Shown here piece by piece: positions 30,173 to 40,529 of a stretch of DNA of 64,000 nucleotides; position 1 is the first letter of the stretch, and each line of letters begins with the position of its first letter. The translations under genes and the position numbers were made by a program. The stretch spans positions 6,112,001 through 6,176,000 of the forward strand of contig OY970303.1 in assembly GCA_963716255.1 (NCBI GenBank). The letters are read 5' to 3'. A model generated the notes under the pieces. That model saw only the letters and a program-made list of their open reading frames with translations. It did not search any database and was not told the origin of the DNA. Source of the DNA: an uncultured Gemmatimonadales bacterium. Lineage in GTDB: Bacteria; Gemmatimonadota; Gemmatimonadetes; Longimicrobiales; Longimicrobiaceae.

Positions 30173-31735
30173 ATGGAATATCTGATCATCCTCCTCGTGG
30201 CGCTGGTCGCCGCGGCGGTGGGCTTTCTCGCGGGACGGGCCGGAGAGCAGGCCCGCCTGCGCCGCGCCCGGGCCACCGCGGAGGACGAGGCCGCGAAGAT
30301 CCGCGCGGGGGCCGAGCAGGACGCCGAGAGCCTGCGCAAGGCCGAGGTGCTCAAGGGGCGCGAGGAAGCCATCCGCGCCCGCGAGGAGTGGGAGCGGGAG
30401 GAGGCCAAGCGCCGCGACGACATGGAGCGCATGGAGCGCCGCCTCCAGGAGCGCGAGGAGTCGCTGGACCGCAAGTTCCACCTCCTGGACGAGAAGTCGC
30501 AGGCCCAGGAGAAGCGCGCCGAGCAGCTGGGCCACCGCGAAAAGGAGGTGGAGCTCCAGTCGCAGGACCTGGTCGCGCGCGTCGGCGAGATCCAGCACAG
30601 GCTGGAGTCGCTCGCCGGCCTCACCGCCGACGAGGCCCGCCGCCAGCTGATGCACGACGTGGAGGAGGAGGCCCGCGCCGGCGCCGCCCAGCGCGTCCGC
30701 GAGATCAAGGAGGAGGCCCGCCGCGACGCCGAGCGCGAGGCCAAGAAGATCATCTCGCTCGCCATCCAGCGCATTGCCGCCGACCACACGGCCGAGACCA
30801 CCGTGTCCGTGGTCGCCCTCCCCTCCGACGAGATGAAGGGGCGCATCATCGGCCGCGAGGGCCGGAACATCCGCGCCTTCGAGCAGGCCACCGGGATCGA
30901 CGTCATCATCGACGACACCCCGGAGGCCGTCGTGCTCAGCGGCTTCGATCCCATCCGCCGCGAGACCGCCCGCATCGCCCTGGAGAAGCTGGTGTCCGAC
31001 GGGCGCATCCACCCCGGGCGCATCGACGACGTGGTCGCGAAGTCGCGCAAGGAGGTGGAGAACGGCATGCGCGAGGCCGCCGAGGAGATCCTGTACGAGC
31101 TGGGGATCCACGGCGTCCACCCCGAGATCGTCAAGGTGCTGGGGCGGCTCAAGTTCCGCACCTCGTACGGGCAGAACCAGCTGCTCCACTCCAAGGAGGT
31201 CGCCATCCTCGCCGGAAACATGGCCGCCGAGATGGGCTTCGACGCCACCATGGCCAAGCGCATGGGGCTGCTCCACGACGTGGGGAAGGGGATGACCCAC
31301 GAGCACGAGGGCACGCACGTGGAGCTGGGGTGGAACCTGGCCAAGAAGTTCAACGAGCCCGCCCAGGTGCTCAACGCCATCAAGGCGCACCACGACGAGG
31401 AGCCGCACCTCTTCCCCGAGACGTTCCTGGTCACCGCCGCGGACGCCATCTCCGGCTCCCGCCCCGGGGCGCGCCGCGAGATGTTCGAGACCTACGTCAA
31501 GCGGCTGGAGAAGCTGGAGGAGATCGCCTCCTCGTTCCCGGGCGTGGAGCGCTGCTTCGCCATCCAGGCGGGGCGCGAGCTGCGCATCATGGTCACGCCC
31601 GAAAAGATCAACGACGAGGAGATGGCGCGCCTGAGCGAGGAGACGGCCCGGCGCATCGAGGCGGAGCTGCAGTACCCGGGGCAGATCAAGGTGGTGGTGA
31701 TCCGGGAGACCCGTGCCGTGGACTTCGCGCGTTGA
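30173..31735 (+). CDS. rny: Ribonuclease Y
   Basis: N-terminal TM segment, coiled coil, KH motif KGRIIGREGRNI, HD motif LLHDVGK and SGSRPGARRE. Confidence 0.97.
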   Translation: MEYLIILLVALVAAAVGFLAGRAGEQARLRRARATAEDEAAKIRAGAEQDAESLRKAEVLKGREEAIRAREEWEREEAKRRDDMERMERRLQEREESLDRKFHLLDEKSQAQEKRAEQLGHREKEVELQSQDLVARVGEIQHRLESLAGLTADEARRQLMHDVEEEARAGAAQRVREIKEEARRDAEREAKKIISLAIQRIAADHTAETTVSVVALPSDEMKGRIIGREGRNIRAFEQATGIDVIIDDTPEAVVLSGFDPIRRETARIALEKLVSDGRIHPGRIDDVVAKSRKEVENGMREAAEEILYELGIHGVHPEIVKVLGRLKFRTSYGQNQLLHSKEVAILAGNMAAEMGFDATMAKRMGLLHDVGKGMTHEHEGTHVELGWNLAKKFNEPAQVLNAIKAHHDEEPHLFPETFLVTAADAISGSRPGARREMFETYVKRLEKLEEIASSFPGVERCFAIQAGRELRIMVTPEKINDEEMARLSEETARRIEAELQYPGQIKVVVIRETRAVDFAR

Positions 31736-31760
31736 GGTTTTCAGGACGTTGCGTGCGTGG

Positions 31761-31913
31761 TGGCGGGGCCGCTACGGAGCCGGACGATACTGCCGTCCGT
31801 CTCCTCCGCGGGCTCCGGGAGCCCCGGAAACAGCCCCGGGTCTCCCTGCGCCGGAGTGAGCCCCGCCAAACTGCCGGCGGGTCTCCCTCCGTACAGATTT
31901 TGGTGGGTACTGC
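31761..31913 (+). repeat. Structured intergenic repeat family B, copy 2
   Basis: Matches 16211-16375; third hairpin differs in sequence but remains paired. Confidence 0.85.
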
Positions 31914-32024
31914 GGAACGGCGACGGCACGGCACCGGCGGCCGTTCCGTGCCGTTGCAGGCTGTTCCCTTTTCCCTGTGGCGCTGCACGCTGCCCGTGCA
32001 CCGTTGCAACCCTGTTCCCTCGCC

Positions 32025-32849
32025 GTGAGGATCCTCTTCGTCGCCGACGTCATCGGGAGTCCCGGGCGCAAGGTCGCCAAGGGGCTCCTGCGGCTCGTAC
32101 GCAAGGACGTGCGGGCGGACGCGGTGGTGCTCAACGGCGAGAACTCGGCGGGCGGGTTCGGGATCACGCCGGAGATCGTGCACGAGTTCCTGGAGATGGG
32201 GGTGGACGTCATCACCACCGGGAACCACGTTTGGGACAAGATCAAGGAGCTGGAGCCGGTGCTCCGCGAGGGCAAGCTCCCCATCATCCGGCCGGCCAAC
32301 TACCCGGCCGGGAACCCCGGGCGCGGCGCCGTGGTGGTGCAGGTGGGGGGCGTGCGGCTGGGGGTGATGAACCTGCAGGGACGTACCTTCATGCAGCCCA
32401 TCGACGATCCCTTCCGCGGCGCCGACGTGCTGCTGGCCGAGCTCAAGGGGCACGCCGACGTGGTGGTGGTGGACTTCCACGCCGAGGCCACCAGCGAGAA
32501 GCAGGCGTTCGCGCGCTACGTGGACGGGCGCGTGGCCGCGGTGGTGGGAACGCACACGCACGTGCAGACCGCCGACGAGCGCGTGCTCCCCAAGGGCACC
32601 GCGTTCATCACCGACCTGGGGCTCACCGGCGGGCTGGACGGCATCATCGGCATGAAGTGGGAGATCTCCCTGGAGCGGCAGCTCACCCAGACGCGCGGCG
32701 AGCGGATGCAGCCGGCCGACGGCGACCTGCACCTGCAGGGCGCGGTGGTGGAGTTGGACCCGCAGAGCGGAAAGGCGCGCTCCATCGAGCGAGTCAGCGT
32801 GCCCTACGCGCGGGCGCTGGAAGGAATGTTCGGCAAACAGAGGACGTAG
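32025..32849 (+). CDS. YmdB-like metallophosphoesterase
   Basis: NGENSAGGFG, TGNHVWD, DFHAEATSEK and GTHTHVQTAD motifs. Confidence 0.93.
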   Translation: MRILFVADVIGSPGRKVAKGLLRLVRKDVRADAVVLNGENSAGGFGITPEIVHEFLEMGVDVITTGNHVWDKIKELEPVLREGKLPIIRPANYPAGNPGRGAVVVQVGGVRLGVMNLQGRTFMQPIDDPFRGADVLLAELKGHADVVVVDFHAEATSEKQAFARYVDGRVAAVVGTHTHVQTADERVLPKGTAFITDLGLTGGLDGIIGMKWEISLERQLTQTRGERMQPADGDLHLQGAVVELDPQSGKARSIERVSVPYARALEGMFGKQRT

Positions 32850-32876
32850 GCGGCCCGCGGACGCCGGCGCGAACCC

Positions 32877-33013
32877 CGCGTGAGGGATTACGGCCCGAAG
32901 GGGCGAGACCCAACAGCAGTATCGTTGGGGCTCGACTCCGTTGCAGACGGTCGTTTCGTCTGCTACGGAGCCGAAGCCCGACCCCGGCGCCAGCCGGGGG
33001 CACGCCCGAACCC
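32877..33013 (-). repeat. Structured intergenic repeat family A, copy 4
   Basis: Same scaffold; stem CCCAAC/GTTGGG replaces CCCCGC/GCGGGG. Confidence 0.9.
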
Positions 33014-33047
33014 TTCTGTTAAACCCGTTGTAGCCGGATCCGGTAGA

Positions 33048-33962
33048 ATGGCTCGCATCATCGACGGTACCGAGATCAGCCGGACCATCCGCGCGGAGGT
33101 CGCGGCCGAGGTCGCCCTGCTGCGCGCCGAGGGCGTGGTCCCGGGGCTGGCCGTGGTGCTGGTGGGCAACGATCCCGCCAGCGAGGTGTACGTCCGCAGC
33201 AAGGCGAAGGCGTGCCGCGAGGCGGGGATGCGGGACCGCACCCTGAAGCTCGCCAAGGACGCCACCGCCGACGAGCTGTACGGGGTGATCGACGGGCTCA
33301 ACGCCGACCCCGAGATCCACGGGATCCTGGTGCAGCTCCCCCTCCCGGCCCACCTCAACCCCAAGCCGTTCCTGGAGCGCATCCACCCCGCAAAGGACGT
33401 GGACGGCTTCCATCCCCTCAACGTGGGCCGCGCCTTCATCGCCGACCCGCGCGGCTTCGTCCCCGCCACTCCCGCGGGGATCATGGAGATGCTCCGCCGC
33501 GAGCAGGTCCCCACCCACGGCAGACACGCCGTCATCGTCGGGCGCAGCCTCATCGTCAGCAAGCCGCTGATGTCGCTGCTCATGGCGCCCGGCCCCAACG
33601 CCAGCGTCACCCTGGTGCACCGGCACACCCCGGACATCGCCCCCCACACCCGCATGGCGGACATCCTGGTGGTCGCCGTGGGAAAGCCCGGGCTGATCAC
33701 CGCGGAGATGGTGAAGCCCGGCGCCACGGTGATCGACGTGGGGATCTCGCGCGTCCCCGACCCCGCGGCCAGGAACGGCACCCGCGTGGTGGGCGACGTG
33801 GACTTCGAGGGTGTGTCGCGCGTGGCGGGGGCGATCACGCCGGTCCCCGGCGGCGTGGGTCCCATGACCATCACCATGCTCCTGCGCAACACCGTGGACG
33901 CGGCGAAGCGCGCCCACGCCGCGGCCGGGCGCAGGCGCGGGCGGCGGGCGGGGCGGCCGTGA
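33048..33962 (+). CDS. folD: Bifunctional methylenetetrahydrofolate dehydrogenase/cyclohydrolase
   Basis: YVRSK, GILVQLPLP, KDVDGFHP and TPVPGGVGPMT motifs. Confidence 0.96.
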   Translation: MARIIDGTEISRTIRAEVAAEVALLRAEGVVPGLAVVLVGNDPASEVYVRSKAKACREAGMRDRTLKLAKDATADELYGVIDGLNADPEIHGILVQLPLPAHLNPKPFLERIHPAKDVDGFHPLNVGRAFIADPRGFVPATPAGIMEMLRREQVPTHGRHAVIVGRSLIVSKPLMSLLMAPGPNASVTLVHRHTPDIAPHTRMADILVVAVGKPGLITAEMVKPGATVIDVGISRVPDPAARNGTRVVGDVDFEGVSRVAGAITPVPGGVGPMTITMLLRNTVDAAKRAHAAAGRRRGRRAGRP

Positions 33963-35209
33963 CCTGGGACCTGTTCTCGGCGGCGGACTCGGCGAGGAAC
34001 GAGGAGCTGGCGCGGGCCGTGGCGGCGGCGCAGGCGGACGCCGGCTTCCCCGGACTCCCCCGGGGGCGCGGCGCGGAGGAGTGGACGGTCTCCGCCCTCA
34101 ACGCCGCCGCGCGGGAGATGGTGGAAGGCGTCTTCCCGCCGCTGTGGGTCATGGGCGAGGTCGCCAACTTCACCCGCGCGCGCTCCGGCCACTGCTATTT
34201 CACCCTGCGCGACGCCGACGCCCAGCTCCGCTGCGTGATGTGGCGCGAGGAGGCGCGGCGCCTTCCCACCGCTCCCGCGGAGGGAATGCAGGTGCGCGCC
34301 CTGGGCCGCCTGACGCTGTACGAGTCGCGCGGCGAGTTCCAGCTGGTGGTGGCCGACCTGGACGCGCGCGGCGACGGGCTGTGGAAGCTGGCCTTCGACC
34401 GGCTGCGCGGCCGGCTGGACGCCGAGGGCCTCACCGCCCCGGAGCGGCGGCGGCCGGTCCCTCGCGCGCCCGCGTGCGTGGGCGTGGTCACCTCGCTCGC
34501 CGGGGCGGCGCTGCGCGACGTGCTCGCGGTGGTGCGGCGCCGCGCCCCGTGGACGCGGGTGGTGGTGGCCGGCTGCCGCGTGCAGGGCGAGGGCGCCGCG
34601 GAGGAGATCGCCGCGGCCATCCGCCGCTTCGGCGCGGCCGGGTGCGCCGACGTGCTGATCGTGGGGCGGGGCGGCGGGTCCATCGAGGACCTGTGGGCCT
34701 TCAACGAGGAGGTGGTGGCGCGCGCCATCGCCGAGTCGTCCGTGCCCGTGATCTCCGCCGTGGGCCACGAGACCGACACCACCATCGCCGACCTGGTGGC
34801 CGACCTGCGCGCCCCCACCCCCTCCGCCGCGGCGGAGGCCGCGGTGCCGGACGGCGCGCAGCTGCGCCGCGAGCTGCGGGGGCTCGGGGACCGCCTGGGC
34901 GCCGCCGCCGGGTCGCACCTCGCCGGCGCGCGGGACGAGGTCGCGGCGCTTCGCGCGCGCCTGGCCGGGGCGGGGGAGCGGGCGGTCCGCGCCCGCCGCG
35001 ACCGCCTGGCCGCCGCGGCCGGCAGGCTGCACGCGCTGTCGCCGGTGGGCGCGCTGGCGCGCGGCTTCGCCATTCCCAGCGGACCGGACGGGCGGCTCCT
35101 GCGCGGCGCGCGGGAGTTCGAGCCGGGCGCGCGGTTCACGCTCACGGTGGCCGACGGCTCCGTCCCCTGCCGGGTGGAGGGAAGCCCGGCCACTCCAGTG
35201 GAGACGTAA
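33959..35209 (+). CDS. xseA: Exodeoxyribonuclease VII large subunit
   Basis: SGHCYFTLRD, GRGGGSIEDLWAFNEE, SAVGHETD and RAPTPSAAAE motifs. Confidence 0.95.
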   Translation: MTWDLFSAADSARNEELARAVAAAQADAGFPGLPRGRGAEEWTVSALNAAAREMVEGVFPPLWVMGEVANFTRARSGHCYFTLRDADAQLRCVMWREEARRLPTAPAEGMQVRALGRLTLYESRGEFQLVVADLDARGDGLWKLAFDRLRGRLDAEGLTAPERRRPVPRAPACVGVVTSLAGAALRDVLAVVRRRAPWTRVVVAGCRVQGEGAAEEIAAAIRRFGAAGCADVLIVGRGGGSIEDLWAFNEEVVARAIAESSVPVISAVGHETDTTIADLVADLRAPTPSAAAEAAVPDGAQLRRELRGLGDRLGAAAGSHLAGARDEVAALRARLAGAGERAVRARRDRLAAAAGRLHALSPVGALARGFAIPSGPDGRLLRGAREFEPGARFTLTVADGSVPCRVEGSPATPVET

Positions 35210-35215
35210 ACAAGG

Positions 35216-35470
35216 ATGCATCCCGAGAAGGACCCCGGCGCCGGCGCCGGGGACGAGACCCGCTTCGAGACGGCGATGGAGCGGCTGGAGGAGATCGTGG
35301 AGCGCATGGAGGGCGGTGCGCTGGAGCTGGACGAGGCGCTCGCCCTGTACGAGGAGGGAGTGCGCCTGCTGCGCGCCACCCGGGGGGTGCTGGACCGCTC
35401 CGAGGCCCGCGTCCACGAGCTGCTGGCCGACGGCGACGATGTCCGCCTGGACCCGTGGGACCCCGCGTGA
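35216..35470 (+). CDS. xseB: Exodeoxyribonuclease VII small subunit
   Basis: FETAMERLEEIV..LELDEALALYEEG motif. Confidence 0.93.
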   Translation: MHPEKDPGAGAGDETRFETAMERLEEIVERMEGGALELDEALALYEEGVRLLRATRGVLDRSEARVHELLADGDDVRLDPWDPA

Positions 35471-36405
35471 CCGCGCTCGCCGCCTCCGGCGGGGCGCGCG
35501 CCGCCTTTGACCTCCAGGCGTTCCTGGAGCGTGAAACCGCGCACGTGGAGCGCGCGTACGCCGGGGTGGCGGAACGCATCGTGCGGGACGTTCCCGACCC
35601 GCTCGCGGGGGCGCTGCGCTACGCGCTGGGGACGCGCGGCAAGCGGCTGCGCCCGGTGCTCTGCTGCGCCGCCTTCCGCGCGGTGGCGCACGCCGAGCCG
35701 GGGGAGGGCGTGTTCCGGCTGGCGTGCGCGGTGGAGCTGGTGCACACCTACTCGCTGGTGCACGACGACCTCCCCTGCATGGACGACGACGACGTGCGCC
35801 GCGGCCGTCCCACCGTGCACCGCCTGCACGGCCCCGCACTCGCCACGCTGGCGGGCGCGGCGCTCCTCCCGGGGGCCGCGGCGCTCGTGGACGAGGAGGC
35901 CGCCGCGCTGGGGCTGCCCCCCGCCGAGCGCGGCCGCCTGGTGGCGGAGCTGTGCGGCGCCGCCGGGGCGCTGGGGATGGTGGGCGGCCAGCTCCTGGAC
36001 CTGGAGGGCGAGGGCGCGGCGCTGGACGCCGCCTCGCTGGAGCGCATCCACCGGGCGAAGACCGGCGCGCTGCTGGCCGCCTCGCTGCGCATGGGCGCGC
36101 TGGCCGCGCGCGGCCGTCCGGAGCAGCTCGCCGCGCTCACCGAGTACGGCGAGGACCTGGGCCTCGCCTTCCAGATCGTGGACGACGTGCTGGACGTGGT
36201 GACGCCCTCCCACGCGCTGGGGAAGACGGCCGGCAAGGACGAGTCGTCGGGAAAGTCCACCTACCCCGCGCTCTTCGGGGTGGAGGGGGCGCGGCGCCTG
36301 GCCCGCGCGCGGGCGGACGACGCGCTGCAGGCGCTGGGGGAGGCGGCGATCCGCTCCCCCGAGCTGGAGGCGCTGGCGGCGTACGTGGTGGAGCGGGAAC
36401 GGTGA
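35467..36405 (+). CDS. ispA: Farnesyl/geranylgeranyl diphosphate synthase
   Basis: GKRLRP, HDDLPCMDDDDVRRGRP, GGQ, KTGAL and FQIVDDVLD motifs; xseB-ispA-dxs synteny. Confidence 0.92.
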   Translation: MTALAASGGARAAFDLQAFLERETAHVERAYAGVAERIVRDVPDPLAGALRYALGTRGKRLRPVLCCAAFRAVAHAEPGEGVFRLACAVELVHTYSLVHDDLPCMDDDDVRRGRPTVHRLHGPALATLAGAALLPGAAALVDEEAAALGLPPAERGRLVAELCGAAGALGMVGGQLLDLEGEGAALDAASLERIHRAKTGALLAASLRMGALAARGRPEQLAALTEYGEDLGLAFQIVDDVLDVVTPSHALGKTAGKDESSGKSTYPALFGVEGARRLARARADDALQALGEAAIRSPELEALAAYVVERER

Positions 36406-36854
36406 GCGAGGCCCTGCGCCCGCTGGTCGCCTGGAACCCGCCGCTCGCGCTGGCGCTCCTGGCGATGCTGTCGGCGCAGGCGTTCAAGTTCCTTCGGGCG
36501 CTGGCGACGCGCCGGCGCGCGGACTTCACCCGGCTGGTGGGGACGGGCGGGATGCCGTCGGCGCACTCCGCCTCGGTGACGGCGCTGTCCACGGCCGTGG
36601 GGCTGGGCGAGGGATGGCACTCCACGATGTTCGGGGTGGCGGCGTTCTTCTCGCTGGTGGTGATGTACGACGCCACCGGGATCCGCCGCGCGGCGGGGAT
36701 GCAGGCCCGCATCCTCAACCGCATGTTGGAGGAAATGCACGATCTTCATAAATTGAAGCCCGAGCGGCTTTCCGAGCTTCTCGGCCACACGCCGCTCGAA
36801 GTCCTGGTCGGTGCCGTCTACGGAGCGCTGCTGGCGCTCGCGCTCCATCCCTAG
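36402..36854 (+). CDS. Divergent PAP2 family protein (DUF212)
   Basis: GGMPSAHSA, VMYDATGIRRAAG and LGHTPLEV motifs. Confidence 0.92.
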   Translation: MSEALRPLVAWNPPLALALLAMLSAQAFKFLRALATRRRADFTRLVGTGGMPSAHSASVTALSTAVGLGEGWHSTMFGVAAFFSLVVMYDATGIRRAAGMQARILNRMLEEMHDLHKLKPERLSELLGHTPLEVLVGAVYGALLALALHP

Positions 36855-36872
36855 AAGCCGAAGGAAAGGCCC

Positions 36873-38813
36873 GTGTCGATTCTCGACTCGATCCAGTCGC
36901 CCGCGGACGTCCGCGCGCTCCCCGAGGACCAGCTCGCCCCTCTCTCCGACGAGGTGCGCGCCCGGATCTTGGACATCGTGTCGGAGCACAAGGGGGCGCA
37001 CTTCGGCTCGAACCTGGGAACGGTGGAGCTGACCATTGCCCTGCACCGCGTCTTCGATACCCCGCGCGACCAGCTCATCTGGGACGTGGGGCACCAGGCG
37101 TACCCGCACAAGATCCTCACCGGCCGCAACGGCCGGATGCCCAGCATCCGCCGCCGCCACGGCCTGTCCGGCTTCCTGCGGCGCGACGAGTCGGAGTACG
37201 ACGTGTTCGGCGCCGGTCACGCGGCCACCTCCATCTCCGCCGCCTGCGGGATCGCCGCCGCGCGCGACCTGCGCGACGAGGACTTCGAGGTGATCGCCGT
37301 CATCGGCGACGGCTCCATGACGTGCGGCCTGGCGTACGAGGCGCTGAACAACGCGGGCGACACCGACCGCGACATGATCGTCGTCCTCAACGACAACCAG
37401 ATGTCCATCTCCCCCAACGTGGGGGCGCTCCACAAGTACCTGGGGATCCACAAGCGGCTCACCGACATCCGCACCTCGCCGCTGTACAACAAGGTGCGCG
37501 AGGAGGTCAAGCGGCTGGTTCACGCCGCCCCCCGCATGGGCACGCTGGGCGAGATGATGGAGCACTTCGCCATGCGCGCCGACGACGCGGTGAAGGGGAT
37601 GTTCGTGCCGGGGATGCTCTTCGAGGAGCTGGGCTTCCGCTACGTGGGCCCGGTGGACGGCCACGACGTGGACCAGCTGGTGGAGACCTTCCGGGGCGTG
37701 CGGGAGATGAAGGGCCCGCGCCTGGTGCACGTGGCCACCACCAAGGGCAAGGGCTTCGCCCCGGCGGAGGCGGACCAGGTGAAGTGGCACGCGGCCGCGC
37801 TCTTCGACAAGGAGACGGGCGCGCCGCTGAAGAAGTCGGCGGCGGGGCTGCCGCGCTACCAGAACGTGTTCGGCGAGGCGCTGACGGACCTCGCCCGCGA
37901 GCGGTCCGACGTGGTGGCGATCACCGCGGCCATGGCGACGGGAACGAGCACGGACGTGTTCGAGAAGGCGCACCCGGAGCGCTTCTTCGACGTGGGGATC
38001 GCGGAGGGGCACGCGGTGACCTTCGCGGCGGGGCTGGCGACGCAGGGGATCCGCCCGGTGGTGGCGATCTACTCCACCTTCCTCCAGCGCGCCTACGACT
38101 CCATCGTCCACGACGTGGCGCTCCAGGACCTGCCGGTGGTGTTCTGCATGGACCGCGCGGGGATCGCCGGCGACGACGGCCCCACGCACCACGGCGGCAT
38201 CGACATCGCCTACATGCTGGCGGTGCCGGGGATGACCATCACCGCGCCCAAGGACGGCGAGGAGATGATCGGGCTGCTGCGCGCGGGGATCGAGCATCAG
38301 GGGGGCCCCTTCGCCATCCGCTGGCCGCGCGACTCGGTGCCGGCGGCGGTGCGCCCCACGGCGGAGATCCCCGCGGTGCCGTACGGCACCTGGGAGACGC
38401 TGCGGCAGGGCCGCACGCTCGCCATCCTGGCCACCGGGAGCATGGTGCTGCCCGCGCTGGCGGCGGCGGACTCGCTGGCGGCGGAGGGCATCGCCGCGAC
38501 GGTGGTGAACGCGCGCTTCATCAAGCCGCTGGACGAGGACGCGCTGGCCCGCCTCTTCCCGGCGCACTCGCACGTGCTTACGGTGGAGGAGGGGACGGTG
38601 GCGAACGGCTTCGGGGCGTATGCGCGGGCGCGCATCGGCGAGGCGTGGCCGGAGGTGCGGGGGGCGTCGCTGGGGCTCCCGGACGCGTTCGTGGAGCACG
38701 GCGAGCGGGCGGAGCTCCTGGCGGAGGTGGGGCTGACGGCGGAGGGGATCGCGGAGCGCGCCCGGGTGCTGCTGGGCGGGGCGATTCGCAAGCCGCTGCG
38801 GGAGAGTGCCTGA
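36873..38813 (+). CDS. dxs: 1-deoxy-D-xylulose-5-phosphate synthase
   Basis: WDVGHQAYPHK, GDGS..LNDN, DVGIAE and DGPTH motifs. Confidence 0.97.
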   Translation: MSILDSIQSPADVRALPEDQLAPLSDEVRARILDIVSEHKGAHFGSNLGTVELTIALHRVFDTPRDQLIWDVGHQAYPHKILTGRNGRMPSIRRRHGLSGFLRRDESEYDVFGAGHAATSISAACGIAAARDLRDEDFEVIAVIGDGSMTCGLAYEALNNAGDTDRDMIVVLNDNQMSISPNVGALHKYLGIHKRLTDIRTSPLYNKVREEVKRLVHAAPRMGTLGEMMEHFAMRADDAVKGMFVPGMLFEELGFRYVGPVDGHDVDQLVETFRGVREMKGPRLVHVATTKGKGFAPAEADQVKWHAAALFDKETGAPLKKSAAGLPRYQNVFGEALTDLARERSDVVAITAAMATGTSTDVFEKAHPERFFDVGIAEGHAVTFAAGLATQGIRPVVAIYSTFLQRAYDSIVHDVALQDLPVVFCMDRAGIAGDDGPTHHGGIDIAYMLAVPGMTITAPKDGEEMIGLLRAGIEHQGGPFAIRWPRDSVPAAVRPTAEIPAVPYGTWETLRQGRTLAILATGSMVLPALAAADSLAAEGIAATVVNARFIKPLDEDALARLFPAHSHVLTVEEGTVANGFGAYARARIGEAWPEVRGASLGLPDAFVEHGERAELLAEVGLTAEGIAERARVLLGGAIRKPLRESA

Positions 38814-39708
38814 GGTGGGGCCCGGCGCCCCCGCCGCGCGCGTGGGCGTCGTCGGGCATGCGCGATACGAGCAGCTGGAGGCCACCCTGGGGCGGGTCCG
38901 CGACTACGCGGAGCGCCGCGGGGTGGCCTTCCTTTTCGAGGAGGAGCTGCTGGAGTCGCCGGGGATGGCGGGCGCGGACGTTCTCCGCCCGGAGGACCTG
39001 CCGGACCTGGACCTGCTGCTGACGCTGGGCGGCGACGGGACGCTGCTGCGCGGGGCGCGCCAGGTGGCGCGGCACGGGACGCCGGTGCTGGGGGTCAACT
39101 TCGGGCACGTGGGCTTCCTGACCTCGGCGGCGCCGGAGGAGCTGGTCACCGCGCTGGACCAGGCGCTCTCGGGCGACATCTGGCTGGACGAGCGGATGAT
39201 GCTGGCGGTGCGGGCGGAGGCGCCGGACGGGACGCTGCGCGGCGAGTACCTGGCGGTGAACGACGTGGTGCTGCACAAGGGCGGGGTGGCGCGGATGATC
39301 CGGCTGGCGGTGCGGGCCAACGGGCACGAGGTGGGGAGCTACAGCGCGGACGGGATCATCCTGGCGACGCCCACGGGCTCCACGGCGTACTCGCTGTCGG
39401 CGGGCGGGCCCGTGGTCGCCCCCTCGGTGGACTGCATCATCGCGACGCCCATCTGCCCGCACACGCTGGCGGTGCGGCCGCTCGTGCTCCCGGCGGAGGA
39501 GACGGTGTCGGTGGACGTGCTGACGCCCTCCGGGGAGCTGCTGCTGACCATCGACGGGCAGGAGGACGCGCAGCTGGTGCCGGGGGACTGCGTGGTGGTG
39601 CGGAGGGCGCCGTGGCCGGTGCGGCTGGTGCGCTTCCCGGGGCAGACGTTCTTTTCGACGCTGCGGCGGAAGCTGGGGTGGGGGGACCTGGTGGAGCGGG
39701 CGCGGTAA
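38806..39708 (+). CDS. nadK: NAD(+) kinase
   Basis: LGGDGT, GHVGFL, ND and TPTGSTAYSLSAGG motifs. Confidence 0.95.
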   Translation: MPEVGPGAPAARVGVVGHARYEQLEATLGRVRDYAERRGVAFLFEEELLESPGMAGADVLRPEDLPDLDLLLTLGGDGTLLRGARQVARHGTPVLGVNFGHVGFLTSAAPEELVTALDQALSGDIWLDERMMLAVRAEAPDGTLRGEYLAVNDVVLHKGGVARMIRLAVRANGHEVGSYSADGIILATPTGSTAYSLSAGGPVVAPSVDCIIATPICPHTLAVRPLVLPAEETVSVDVLTPSGELLLTIDGQEDAQLVPGDCVVVRRAPWPVRLVRFPGQTFFSTLRRKLGWGDLVERAR

Positions 39709-39779
39709 GGTCGAGGCTTTCGCACACATCACGTGCATCGGCTCAGGCGCCGGTGATGCACAACGTTCCTGAACGTTCA

Positions 39780-40269
39780 ATGATCCGCGCTTCGACGATT
39801 CTCCTTGCCGCCCTCGTGCTCACGAGGGCCGACCTTGGGGCGCAGCACCGGCAGTTCTCCCTGGAGCTGAATCCCATCCACGGCACTTTCGGCTATGGCT
39901 GGTCTGTCGCCCCGACTCGCCTGGTGGGTGTGGAGCTGGGCTTCGGCTTTCCGCAGCTGGATGGGACGCTCGCGCCCGCCGACGAGTCGTTCATCGACTT
40001 CCTGCACGTGGGTGCTCTTCGTGCGCTCGAACCCGACGAAGTCCGTCACGTTTGATGGTCACGCTCAACTCGGCTTCGCGGAGCTGCGCGGGTGCAGCGG
40101 GTGTCTTCCCGGTGTGTTCACCGCGGTGTCCGGTGCGGCGTTCCTCGGCGGTCGGCACCTGAAGGTGGGTCTGCGGCTGACCGCGGGATTTATCAAGGAA
40201 AGAAGCGATCCGTCATTCTTCGTGCTGAACCTCACACCCGTGGCGGTTCTGCTCAGCTACACGTGGTGA
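39780..40269 (+). pseudogene. Frameshifted secreted/outer-membrane-like protein
   Basis: Signal-peptide ORF from 39780 shifts near 40013 into a frame ending ...LLSYTW; alternating beta-strand pattern. Confidence 0.5.
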
Positions 40270-40529
40270 GTGGCGGCGTGGAGCTCGCGGACTCAGTCTG
40301 TTACGGTTGGTGGGGAGCGAGCGCGGCAGCCACAAATCCAGTAGTTGGGCCTGCAACTCCTGCCTTCATGCAGAGTATCATCCCCAGGTCTCGCTCTTCG
40401 GTTTCGGCGCGCATCGTTCGTTCGGTTGCGATGGCCATGCTGGGTGGATGCGGTACTTCCCGCTCCACGCATCGCATCCGGGCATGACCGCTCGTCCGTA
40501 GCCTCACCGGTCTCCATCGCCACCCTTGG

